Translations under genes and position numbers: made by a program
DNA from: the human T2T-CHM13v2.0 reference genome, Homo sapiens
Direction: 5' to 3' (one strand)
Assembly: GCF_009914755.1 (NCBI RefSeq)
Contig: NC_060943.1
DNA length: 64,000 nucleotides
Shown here: positions 46,181 through 64,000 of the stretch, one piece after another
How the letters are laid out: the number at the start of each line of letters is the position of its first letter
How positions within the stretch are numbered: position 1 is the stretch's first letter
Notes under the pieces: generated by a model
Databases searched by the model: none
What the model was told of the DNA's origin: nothing
The model's input: the letters and a program-made list of their open reading frames with translations, nothing else

Positions 46181-46398
<218 letters not shown>

Positions 46399-47614
46399 CT
46401 ACGAATTACCACATTTTTTTAAATGGTATTTTGGGGGTTTGACGTGTAGTTTGGGGTAGGAGGCTTTTCGTTTTGTTTTTTGTTTTTGGATAGTACCAGG
46501 TTTGGGAAGAATATTCTGAGTCATACTTACCTTCTAAGCTGCAAGATGTCTTTTTTAATTTTTCTTTGTCCCCTGAGGTGCGGGATGAAGGGGTTTTTTT
46601 CTTCCTCCTACCTTTTTATTCTTTTTAATACTGTCTTGCTTGTGTAACATCAAAATGAGGCAAGAAAGAGAAATCAATGAAGTCATCTTCTCATCGATTT
46701 AGTCTATTCCCAGGTGGCCGAAAAGGCAGGAACTGTGAACTGAAAACTTCATCTGGCATCAGATTTTCTTTAATTGTCTCTCGAACACTCACCAGTAAGC
46801 CAGTGCTTGCTAGAACTCTCTAGAGCCAGGTTGCACTCTCAGCCTAAAAGAAAAGTCTTGGCTGAAACAAAGAACAGAAGGATGGGTGGGGACAGAAAAC
46901 CTCCCTAAATGTGAGAAAAGGAGTCATTATTTCTGAGACCAGGCCTTGAAACCGAGGTGCTTGTCTGGTTCACTTGTTTCTTTCTTTTTGTTTTTGTTTT
47001 GTTCAGAGACAGGGTCTCACTACGTCGCCCAGGCTGGAATACAGTGGTGCCATCATAGCTCACTGCAGTCTCGACCTGCTGGGCTCAAGGGATCCTCCTG
47101 CCTCAGCCTCCCAAAGTACTCAGATTACAGACTTGAGCCACCACTCCCAGCCCTGTTTGTTTCTTGAATAGTCCTTTGCAGAAAACTGGAGACTTATGGA
47201 CTAGGGCCCAGCTGCCTTCAAAAGATGTTTGGGGTCCCTTTACAAGTGAGAGGCTATATAGGAATCTGCAATTTAAGACAGGCAATTCTTGCTTACAAAT
47301 TGGCATTTCTGGAAGTCAGTGTGCCTCTAGATTATTTATAAAGGACAGTTTGAAACCAATTAAGACAGTCACTTAATATGTCATATCAGGTCCGGGTACA
47401 CTGGCCCATGCCTATAATCCCAGCACTTTGGGAAGTCGAAGCGGGAGGATCACTTAAGGCTAGGTATTCAAGACCAGCCTGGGCGACATAATGAGACCCC
47501 CGTTGCTACAGAAAAATTTTAAATTAGCTGGGCATGGTATCACACACCTGTAATCCTAGCTACTCAGGAGGCTGAGGCTGGAGGATCCCTTGAGCCCAGG
47601 AATTGGAGGCTTCA

Positions 47615-47971
<357 letters not shown>

Positions 47972-48371
47972 TCATGCCACTGCATTCCAGCCTGGGTGAC
48001 AGAGCAAGACTCCGTCTCCAAAAAAAAAAAAAAAAAAAAAAAAAAGTGTATCAGGTTTTCTTGGACATCACTTTGAACAGGCTAGTAACTACTCAGCCGT
48101 TTTCATGTAATTTTTGGTGAGTCCTGTTCCTGTAAGACCTAATAAGGAGTGTGCTTGGCTGTCAGAGGACAAAGCCTGTGGCTTACAGGATTTATGAGAG
48201 ACTGAGTCACAAAGGAAGCACAGCGGCACTGGAAAAAGTCTGGGGTCTTAGGCTGGGTGCGGTGGCTCAGGCCTGTAATCCCAACACTTTGGAAGGCCGA
48301 GGCAGGCGAATCACTTGAGGCCAGGAGTTTGAGACCAGCTTGGCCAACGTGGAGAAACCCTATCTCTACTA

Positions 48372-48626
<255 letters not shown>

Positions 48627-49819
48627 TCATCTAACTTGCTCAGAGATTGCTCTTGTTTTAGTGTTTTTTAAAAAAACAAAAAATTTATAGAGACAGGGTC
48701 TATGTTGCCCAGGCTGGTCTCGAACACCTAGCCTCAAGCGATCCTCCCACCTCAGCCTCCCGAAGTGCTGGGATTACAGGCATGAGCCACTGTGCCTGGC
48801 CAGGGACTACTCTTGAATTCATGAAACCAAGACAAAACCAACTTTTAAAAATCACCCTGAGGATAGGCCACTGTCTGTGTTTGTTGCTGAGAATAGGGTA
48901 TATTTTTTCCCCCTCAGGTCAGAACTGTTTTGATTTTCACCGTTCACCTCTTTCCATCCATCCTCCAGGTCCCCTTGCAGAAAGAGCTCTGCGGCATACA
49001 GTGGCCACAGCGGGCCAGGTGCTCACTAATCGATCGCACCTCTCAGCAGTGGGCAGGAGGCGCTAATTAGACTCTGAGTAGCTTTTGCAGCTGCACAGAA
49101 AGTGCTGGACAGCACAAGCTGAACCCCAAGCACCATGGCCGTCTGCTGTAGGAAAAACCGTAGCAGGAGATAAATATGTATCCCTGTCTCTCTCGGAGCC
49201 AAGAGCAGAGCGACTAATTCCCACCATATGTTGAGCTGCAAATCAGATGTTTTGCTCTCCTCCCACAGAAAGAAGCCTGTCCATCACAGGTGTGAGTTTG
49301 TTGGTTGAGCAGGTTTATTGAGACGTAATTCACAGACCATACAATGCACCCATTTAAGAGTACAACCCAGGGGCTTTTAGTATATTCAGAGTCACCGAAA
49401 TGGATCTTAGAACCCCAAAAAGAAACACCATAGGCCAGGCGCAGTGGCTCACGCCTGTAATCCCAGCACTTTGGGAGGCCAAGGCGGGCGGATCACCTGC
49501 GGTCAAGAGTTTGAGACCAGCTTAGCCAATGTGGCAAAACCCCATCTCTACTAAAAATACAAAAATTAGCTGGGCGTGGTGGCAGGCACCTGTAATCCCA
49601 GCTACTCGGGAGGCTGAGGCAGAATGACTTGAACCTGGGAGGTGGAGGTTGCAGTGAGCCGAGATCACCCTCACTGTTTTCCAGCCTGAGTGACAGAGCG
49701 AGACTCCATCTCAAAAAAAAAAAGGCGTCAGAAGATCTGAGGCTCTCCCATCCCTGGCAAGCAGACTTCTGGCCTCTGGGCAGCTGGTGTTTTAGGGTAC
49801 CCAGGATTTGTCTTAACCC

Positions 49820-50245
49820 AGTATGGTGAGACTCACAGACCCAGAAATGACCGTCAGGAAGGAAGAAGTTTATATTCACAGTCCTCTGGAAGCAGGAGGC
49901 AGGGCACACCACACAGGGGCCACATGGGGAAGCACCAGGGTCAGTTGAGGGACAGAGGGGAAAATATGGACAGGAGTCTTCATTGTGGTTTCCCGGGGAA
50001 CAAATGGGCCAGGCAGGGTGAGCAGGTTCAGGATGGGGCCCCGAGGTGATGAGGGCAGCGGGACCGTGGCCAGGAGTGTGAGAGCCCCATAAAGGAGGCA
50101 ACTGGGGGTCTGAGCTCTGCACTGGGTGCAGACCCTTTACTGTCTCTAGAAACTGGCCTGGGAGGGGCTGTGCATCCATGGTCAGCAAAGCCCCAAGATG
50201 TCAGAGCATCACAAATCCGGAATAAAAGGACATAATCAATACAGC
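49820..50245. mobile_element. Probable old ERV LTR relic (family uncertain)
   Basis: aagaagtttatattcacag...ggggccacatggggaagcaccagggtcag...cttcattgtggtttcc has an LTR-like composition. Family not confidently assigned. Confidence 0.4.
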
Positions 50246-51780
50246 GGGTCTGTGGCAGGGCCACTGACTCATGTCTTGACCCATCAGCTATTTCAGTGGC
50301 CGCATGTGTTCCAGGAAGACTCAATTTATGACTGTCCACCTCTTATTCTATTTCATTTCATTCTTTTTCAGAGTCTTGCTCTGTCACCCAGGCTGGAGTG
50401 CAGTGGGGCAGTCATAGCTCACCACAGCCCTGAACCCCAGGGCTCAAGCAATTTTCCCACCTCAGCCTCCCAGGTAGCTGGAACTACTGGCACACACCAA
50501 CATGCCTGCCTAATTTTTTGTTGTTGTTTTTTAAGAGACGAGATCTCACTGTGTTGCCCAGACTGGTCTCTAACCTGCTGTCCCTGGTCATGACCCCAAC
50601 ATGTGAAAACTTCAGTGTCTTCTAAATCATCAAAGGAGGGTTTACATATATTCCCATAGATTTAGCATTACCAATAGTTTATTAAAATTCTTTGGAATCA
50701 GCATTTCTTCTTTTTTTTTTTTTTTTTTTGCCATCAACTTGATTTTGGGAATTGGCATTGCTTACATGCTGTTTTTTTTGTTTGGTTTTTTGGTTTTAGT
50801 TTTTTTCAAGACAGGATCTCACTCTGCTGCCCAGGCTGGAGTGCAGTGGCATGATCTCGGCTTACCACAACCTCTGCCTCCCAGGCTCCAGCAATTCTCC
50901 TGCCTCAGCCTTCTGAGTAGCTGTGATTACAGGTGTGCACCACCACTGCCAAGCTAATTTTTGTATTTTTAGTAGAGACAGGTTTTCCCCATGTTGGCCA
51001 GGCTGGTCTTGAACTCCTGACCTCAAATGATCCACCCCGCTCGGCCTCCCAAAGTGCTGGGATTACAGGTGTGAGCCACAACACCCAGCCAGATGCTATT
51101 TTTAGTGACTTTTTCTTCTATGGACTATTGTATTAGAGCAGAATTAATCTGATTTCAGTCAAGACCTCAGTCCACAAGCAACCATCTGTCAGCCCTGCCA
51201 GGATGCTGCTGGGCAAAGGATACATCTCGGGATTTGCGCCATATTTGTACGTTTAGGTCATAATTGCCTGGGTGGAGTTGAGTGTTGTACAGAAATGGCA
51301 AGAAATGCCTGTCCTGGACCGTGTCGCCTTTGGTTTAGGATTCCTGTTTTTTTACATAGGTGTTGCTTTGTGAGTGACATCTTCAATTGCTTTGTCTCCT
51401 ATAACAATAGTAATTGTTAGTCATGTGTTATGACGTCAGAATGTTTCTGGCCTCTGAACAAATGTCATCTTTGCTGTGCTGGGCTGTGGAAAGAATGAAC
51501 AGCTACTGAGTATATGTGCAATGTGCTGTTACACAGCTTAGTGGCTGATGTCTTAATTGGCAAGAATTCTTGACTCCTCTGCCAGAAAATCTCTAACACA
51601 CACTCACCTGCTCGTTAACAATCACCTTCAATTTACAGCTAAATTAAAAGTTGCTCAGAGGCCGGCTACGGTGGCTCAAGCCTGTAATCCCAGCACTTAG
51701 GGAGGCCGAGGTGGGTGGATCACCTGAAGTTGGGAGTTCGAGACCAGCCTGACCAACATGGAGAAACTCCGTCTCTACTA

Positions 51781-51933
<153 letters not shown>

Positions 51934-52088
51934 TCAAAAAAAAAAAAAAAAAGTTGCTCAGAGAATGCTGAATCCTCTCCCAGGAGAGCTGCTGCGAGTA
52001 CGTTTTCCCTAGGGTAAGCTCTGCCCACCCCATGGTTTATAACTCCGTGTTCCCAAGAAAGAGACTTCTAGCTGCTCTCTTCCTGTAA

Positions 52089-52450
<362 letters not shown>

Positions 52451-52469
52451 TGATCTGACAAATCAGATT

Positions 52470-52632
52470 TCTATTTCTCTTCTCTAAGCTCCTCTCCTCT
52501 CCTCTCTCCTCCCCTCCCCTCCCCTCCCCTCCCTTCCCTTCCCCTCTCCTCTTCTCTCCTCTCTTCTCTCTTCTCTTCTCCCCTCCCCTCCCCTCCCTTC
52601 CCCTCTCCTCCCTTCTCCTCCCCTCTTCTTTT
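52470..52632. repeat. CCCTC/CTTCT low-complexity polypyrimidine tract at an Alu tail
   Basis: Directly visible. Confidence 0.9.
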
Positions 52633-52897
52633 CGAGAAGGTCCCGCTCTGTCACCCAGGCTGGAGTGCAGTGGCACAATCATAGCTCACTGCAGCCTTGA
52701 ACTCCTGGGCTCAAGCAATCCTACTGCCTCAGCCTCCCGAGTAGCTGAGACTACAGGCGTGCGCCACTTGTGCTCAGCTATTTTTTTATTTTGTGTAGAG
52801 ACGGGGTCTTGCTATGTTTCCCAGGCTGGTTTTGAACTCCTGGCCTCAAGCGATCCTTCCACCTCTACCTCCCAAACTGCTAGGATTACAGGCGTGA

Positions 52898-53131
<234 letters not shown>

Positions 53132-53377
53132 TAGGCTAGTCTTGAACTCCCCATCTCAGGTGATCCACCCACCTTGGCCTCCCAAAGTGCTGGGATTACA
53201 GGCATGAGCCACCGTGTCCGGCCGCCAGATTTCTTTTTAATGCTGCTCTTTGTCCTTACCTGGGCAAAGCTTTAAGATACAATTTTATAAAATGTAAGAG
53301 TAAACTAGCCAAGTAGCCCATCTCAACTATGCTTGTCAAATAGGAGGGGAAAACTGAACCTAATGAATGATGGTTGA

Positions 53378-53512
<135 letters not shown>

Positions 53513-54453
53513 TAGCTGAGATTACAGGCATCCACCACCACGCCCTTCTAATTTTTGTATTTTGTATTTTTTATTTTTTTTAAGTAGAGACGGGGGTTTC
53601 CTGGCCAGGCTGGTCTTGAACTCCTGACCTTGTGATCAACCCACCTCGGCCTCCCAAAGTGCTGAGATTACAGGCGTGAGCCACCGCACCCGGCCATAGT
53701 TGAGCTTTATTAAGTGTTGCATCTTGGGAGGCCCAAAGCAGGAGGACCGCTTGAAGTCAGGAGTTCAAGACCAGCCTGAGCAACATAGTGAGACCCCCCC
53801 CCAACCTCTACAAGAAAATATTTTTAAATTATACAGCACACCTGTAGTCCCAGCTACTCAGGAGACTGAGGCAGAAGGATTGCTTGAACCTAGGAGTTTA
53901 AGGCTGCAGTGAGCTATGGTCGGCCACTGCACTCCAGCCTGAGCTAGAGTGAGACTGTCTCTAAAAATAATAATAATTAATTTAAAAAGTTGCATCTTTC
54001 CATGAGTAGGTGAGCTTGTCAGCGGGCACACGTATCCTATGATCTGAACCCTTAAATTAATGAACAGATGGGTGTAGACAGCGGTTTGCAGCCCCTGTTG
54101 ATGTTGGGTTGGTTTATAATCACCATATGGAACAGAATCGGAGCCTCGCGTCCACTTCGATGCTAGAATTCTGTTCGAGTGCTGATGACCAGGGGCGGCT
54201 AAACACCATGCCCTGCCATCTCTGGGTCTTAGAGTCACCCTAACATCTGATCTAGATTAATTATCATCATGTGCGAGGTTTTGGCATGAAGCACGCCAGG
54301 CTCACCGTTTCATGATCTTAGACTATTTACAGCAAACTCAAACAGCTCACTTGCTTTTTACACCCTGCAAAGACCAAGGGAGAGCCTGGAGGGGTTGTTT
54401 TTTTTTTCTGTTTTATTCTATCAAAGCAGCAAATACTGCAATTTCCACAGTAA

Positions 54454-54996
<543 letters not shown>

Positions 54997-55717
54997 TAAG
55001 CCAGGGTCCCCTCTGTGCCCTCGGGTGGGTGGTGGCATTCCCCGGGGAGCTGTTGACAGCCTCTTCGGAGGGAGACCCCGACTTAGATCTGTGTGAATCC
55101 ACACGGCAGCCCCCGTGCTAAGCAGAGAAATTCCCATTAACGCTTGCTTCCAGGATCCACGCCTTTTTTGCAAAAACGATGTGTCCCGGGGTGTATTCGG
55201 CCCCTGGTGGAGCCAGTTTGCTTAGTGCCCTCGAGGGATCCTTGGACTCGCTCCTTAGGCCGGGCTCCTGACTTACTCAAGGCGATGCTCAAAGTCCTGC
55301 TGGGTGTGTGGAGGCGGCGTCCCATTATCTGTGCCTTACCTCGTTTTATAGGACTTCAAAGTGGTTCCCTTGATAATGCCTGCAGCGGTGTCCGGGTAGA
55401 AAGTGATGCTAGAAGCTGATATGTTTGTGGTGACTATTCCATGAGTTCGTGGGAAAGGGAGTAAATTATCATTTTCCTCTGAGTAAGGACTGCCCTCCCA
55501 CCTTGACCATGAAACCATTTCCACTTAACTCCTGGTAGACAGGATCCCAGGGGCCCCAAGTGGGCTCCAGTGGTCTGTCAAGGAAGCTGCAATCCACACC
55601 CCGTTAGAACGTAACTAAACATTAAAGGAAGTTACTATGGAAGAAATCCTGATGTGACATTGACAGATAATCTTCCCCACCCCCCGCCCCCCACCACTTT
55701 TTTTTTTTTTTCTTTAG

Positions 55718-56029
<312 letters not shown>

Positions 56030-56124
56030 TGAGGCTTCTGTGAAAATGTGGAGAGTTCTCAGAGAGTATCGAATCGGATGGAGTCACCGATGTGCCTTTG
56101 TTGCATGAGGTCGTGTGTGTTTAA

Positions 56125-56970
<846 letters not shown>

Positions 56971-57190
56971 TGAGCTCAAGTGACCCGCCCGCCTGGGCCT
57001 CCCAAACTATTGGGATTATAGGCGTGAGCCACGGTGCCTGGCCTCTCTCTGTCTTTCTCTCTCCTCTCTTGGTGCAGCCCTGCCTCCCATGCCAGGAAAG
57101 AGACTGTCGGAGAGGATTTTGTTATAATACGTCCCTGTGGACATGTCTGGCTGAATGCCCAGGTCTGGCTTCTTCTTCCCTTGTTGGTGG

Positions 57191-58168
<978 letters not shown>

Positions 58169-58235
58169 CTAGGTCTGGTCAGGGACACACACAGATGTGA
58201 TGGATGAGTTTTAACAGCCACAGGAGTGTTCCTCA

Positions 58236-58546
<311 letters not shown>

Positions 58547-58600
58547 CTAAACCCTGGACACCCTGGAAGTAAGAAAGATCCCAAAGGCACAAGGTCTTAG

Positions 58601-59041
<441 letters not shown>

Positions 59042-59044
59042 TAG

Positions 59045-59236
<192 letters not shown>

Positions 59237-60030
59237 TGAACTCCTGAGCTCAAGTGATCCTCCTGCCTCAGCCTTCCACGTAGCTGGGACTCCAGGGAAC
59301 ACCATGCCTGGCTAACTTTTTATTTTTTGAAGAGATGGGGTCTTGCTTTGTTGCCCAGGCTAGTCTCAAATTCCTGGCTTAAGCAATCCCCCTGCCTCGG
59401 CATCCCAAAGTGCAGGGATCACAGGCATGAGCCATTGTGCCAGCCTTTTCCTTTCAGTAATAAAACGAGAGTGGCCCCTGAGGACACACAGTTCTGGGCC
59501 CCTTACAGCGATGCCTGCAGTTCATATTCTAGAAACACAGAGACCTAAATTAGGCAGTGTCCCTGGCTGAACACTATTCAATGTTACATTCTTCTGTGCT
59601 CTTGTTTGGTTGGTTGGTTTTTGGTTTTTGGTTCAAGTCACTTATGCTTTCAACCGTTCAAAGCTTACCTGTTGACTGAGTGCAGTGGCCCACACCTGTA
59701 ATCCCAGCACTTTGGGAGGCCAAGCAGGTGAATTGCTTGAGTCCAGGAGTTCCAGACCAGCCTGGGCAACATAGCAAGACCCCGTATCTACAAAACATGA
59801 AAATAAATTAGCCAGCTGTGGTGGTGTATAGCTGTAGTCCCAGCTACTCAGGAGGCTGAGGTGGGAGGATCACTTGAGCTTGAGAGGTCAAGGCTGCAAT
59901 GAGCTATGATCATGCCACTGCCCTCCAGCCTGGGCAGCAGAGTAAGACCCCAATTTGGGAGTGGGGGAAAGCATACCTGTGAACCAGCACCAACCGTGGT
60001 AGTGGTATTAACCCCAAATGATCACCCTAG

Positions 60031-60444
<414 letters not shown>

Positions 60445-60774
60445 TAACGTCCTTTGGCTGAAATTTACTTTTTTTCTCGGCTCTCAGGAAGTTGTACAGC
60501 ATCTGTGATGCAGCAAAGCCCCGAAGCAGAAGGTTTTTTTATTTCACCTTTATGACACCTTGCGATTAGACACCCCAAACTGAAGCATTTCTCTGTTTGA
60601 GGACATATTAGAAAATGGAACTGCAGCCAGGCACTGTGGCTCACACCTGTGACCCCAACACTTTGGGAGGCTGAGTGGGGGTGGATCACTTGAGGTTATG
60701 AGTTCAAGGCCAGCCTGACCAACATGGTCAGGTTAGCCAGGTGTGGTGGTGGCACCTGTAATCCCAGCTACTCA

Positions 60775-60879
<105 letters not shown>

Positions 60880-61135
60880 CTAAAAAAAATAAAAGAAAAT
60901 GGAATTGCAAATAAATCTAATATTTATTTTAGCAGAGTCAGACAAATTAGATGAAAATATACTTTGGCTGGCCAGGCGCGGTGGCTCATGCCTATAATCC
61001 CAGCACTTTGGGAAGATGAGGTGGGTGGATCAAGAGGTCAAGAGTTCGAGACCAGCCTGACCAACATGGTGAAACCTGGTCTCTACTAAAAATACAAAAA
61101 TTAGCAGGGCATGGTGGCATGCCCCTGTAATCTCA

Positions 61136-62044
<909 letters not shown>

Positions 62045-62982
62045 TTACATTCTTCACTGTGGGGTTTTTCCACAGAATTGTAGAGTCTTGAGACTTGGGA
62101 ATTAAAAGGCATCTGTTATGTAGCAGTGATTTTTCAAGGTTTGGTTTGGGTTTTAACTACAACCCCATTCAGAACACGTCAGTGAAATCTTACATAGAAT
62201 CCTGAGATGTAAAATAAAGCGGGCCAGATGCAATGCCTCACGCTGTAAATCCAGCACTTCGAGAGGCCAAGGCAGGAGGATCACTTGAGGCCAGGAGTTC
62301 GAGACCAGCCTGGGCAACATAGCAAGATCCTGTCTCTAAGAAAAATTTAAAAATTAGCCAGGCATGGTGGTGCACACCTGTAATCCCAGCTACTCCAGCC
62401 GCTAAGGAGGGAAAATCAGTTGAGCTCAGGAGTTTAAGAGCAGCCTGGGCAACATAGCAAGATCCCATCTCTATTATATAAGATACATATGTATACACAC
62501 ACACATATTAACAAAATCAATCAAAGAAAGCATATCTAGACTTTGTTCCTTACCAGGCCACGGTGGCCCCTGAGAGACCCCTGCAGCTCAGTATGGGACC
62601 TGCTGACCACCACTTTGTGTCATCACTGTTTGGATGACACAAAGGGTCGTTTGAAGGGGCTGCCCTGCCCCAGGAACTGGGCCTCCAGATCCAGCCTGTC
62701 TTGCCTTGGGGATGCCGTCTGTCTCAAGGAGGGTTACTCCAGATGGGCACGGTGGCTCACACCTGTAATCCCTGTAACTTTGGGAGGCCAAGGCGGGCAG
62801 ATCACCTGAGGTCAGAAGTTCAGTACCAGCCTGCCCAACATGGCGAAACCCCGTCTTTACTAAAAATACAAAAAATTAGCCAGGCGTAGGCCGGGCACAG
62901 TGGCTCATGCCTGTAATCCCAGCATTTTGGGAGGCCAAGGCGGGTGGATCACGAGGTCAGGAGATCGAGACCATCCTGGCTA

Positions 62983-63310
<328 letters not shown>

Positions 63311-64000
63311 TCAGCCAAGTCAAGGGAGACCCCACCTCCCACGTCCTAGAAACCACACTTGGATGATGGCTAGTTGGTTCTATCAACATTCACCTCTTTA
63401 GAGGCCCTAACACTGCTGATTCCACAAGAGCTGCATCACCTGTGGCCTGGCCAGGACTTGGTTCTGCAGTGGCATTCTACACCCAGTGGTCCAAAGTTAG
63501 GAGTGACATGCGTTTAAACTTCATTGCATTATAGGTAGGTAGGAAAGGGGGAGGATCGTTTTGGAGCCGCAGTTCCTCAAAGCCAGGAGGGGGATTCCAA
63601 TGAAACCTCCGTCCACGGACTCTTGCAAATCCCACAGCGGCTCCGGGCCTCTTCAGTGGCTCTCTGCAAGTGCTGGCATCCCTCAAATGCATACAAGAGC
63701 AGCGGGAGCAAACAAGCAGAAAATGTGCTATGCTCCCGAGAGAGTGTCAGGTGACCCCTTTTGGTTCTTAGCCAGAGGTGAGCATCAGAAAGCACCCAGG
63801 CTGGGCGTGGTGGCTCACGCTTGGAATCCCAGCACTTTTGGGGAGGCCAAGGCAGGCGGATCACTTGAGCCCAGGAGTTTGAGACCAGTCTGGGGAATAT
63901 GGCGAAACCTCATCTCTACTAAAACTACAAAAATTAGCCAGGTGTGGTGGCGCACACCTGTAATCCCAGCTACTCGGAGGCTGAGACAGGAGAATCGCTT

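Overview
Primate, almost certainly human, genomic DNA. It is GC-rich and extremely Alu-dense, with on the order of 100 Alu copies or fragments by eye. The window covers part of ARHGEF18 (p114RhoGEF, Dbl-family Rho GEF; human chr19p13.2 from recall) on the + strand. It contains a CpG-island promoter with a short first exon (~9.6-9.76 kb), a ~45 kb repeat-filled intron, and a CpG-rich alternative first/internal coding exon (54454-54995, internal acceptor at 54857). Four further coding exons (56166-56278, 56425-56565, 58713-58963, 61552-61677) splice in frame into the start of the DH domain, and the gene continues past the window end. Almost all other ORFs in the track are Alu- or repeat-derived artefacts. 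I found no prokaryote-type system (CRISPR, operon) or foreign DNA. The most interesting, possibly undescribed signals are at the ARHGEF18 5' end. (1) A CCAAT-CCAAT-CATAAAA promoter-like arrangement lies inside the annotated coding exon, directly upstream of a strong-Kozak AUG that begins MGNAHSKS, a textbook N-myristoylation motif. (2) An 11-codon uORF has a stop codon overlapping the short-isoform start (ATGA). (3) Splice signals suggest a divergent antisense transcript. Several minisatellites and repeat-rearrangement fossils are also reported.
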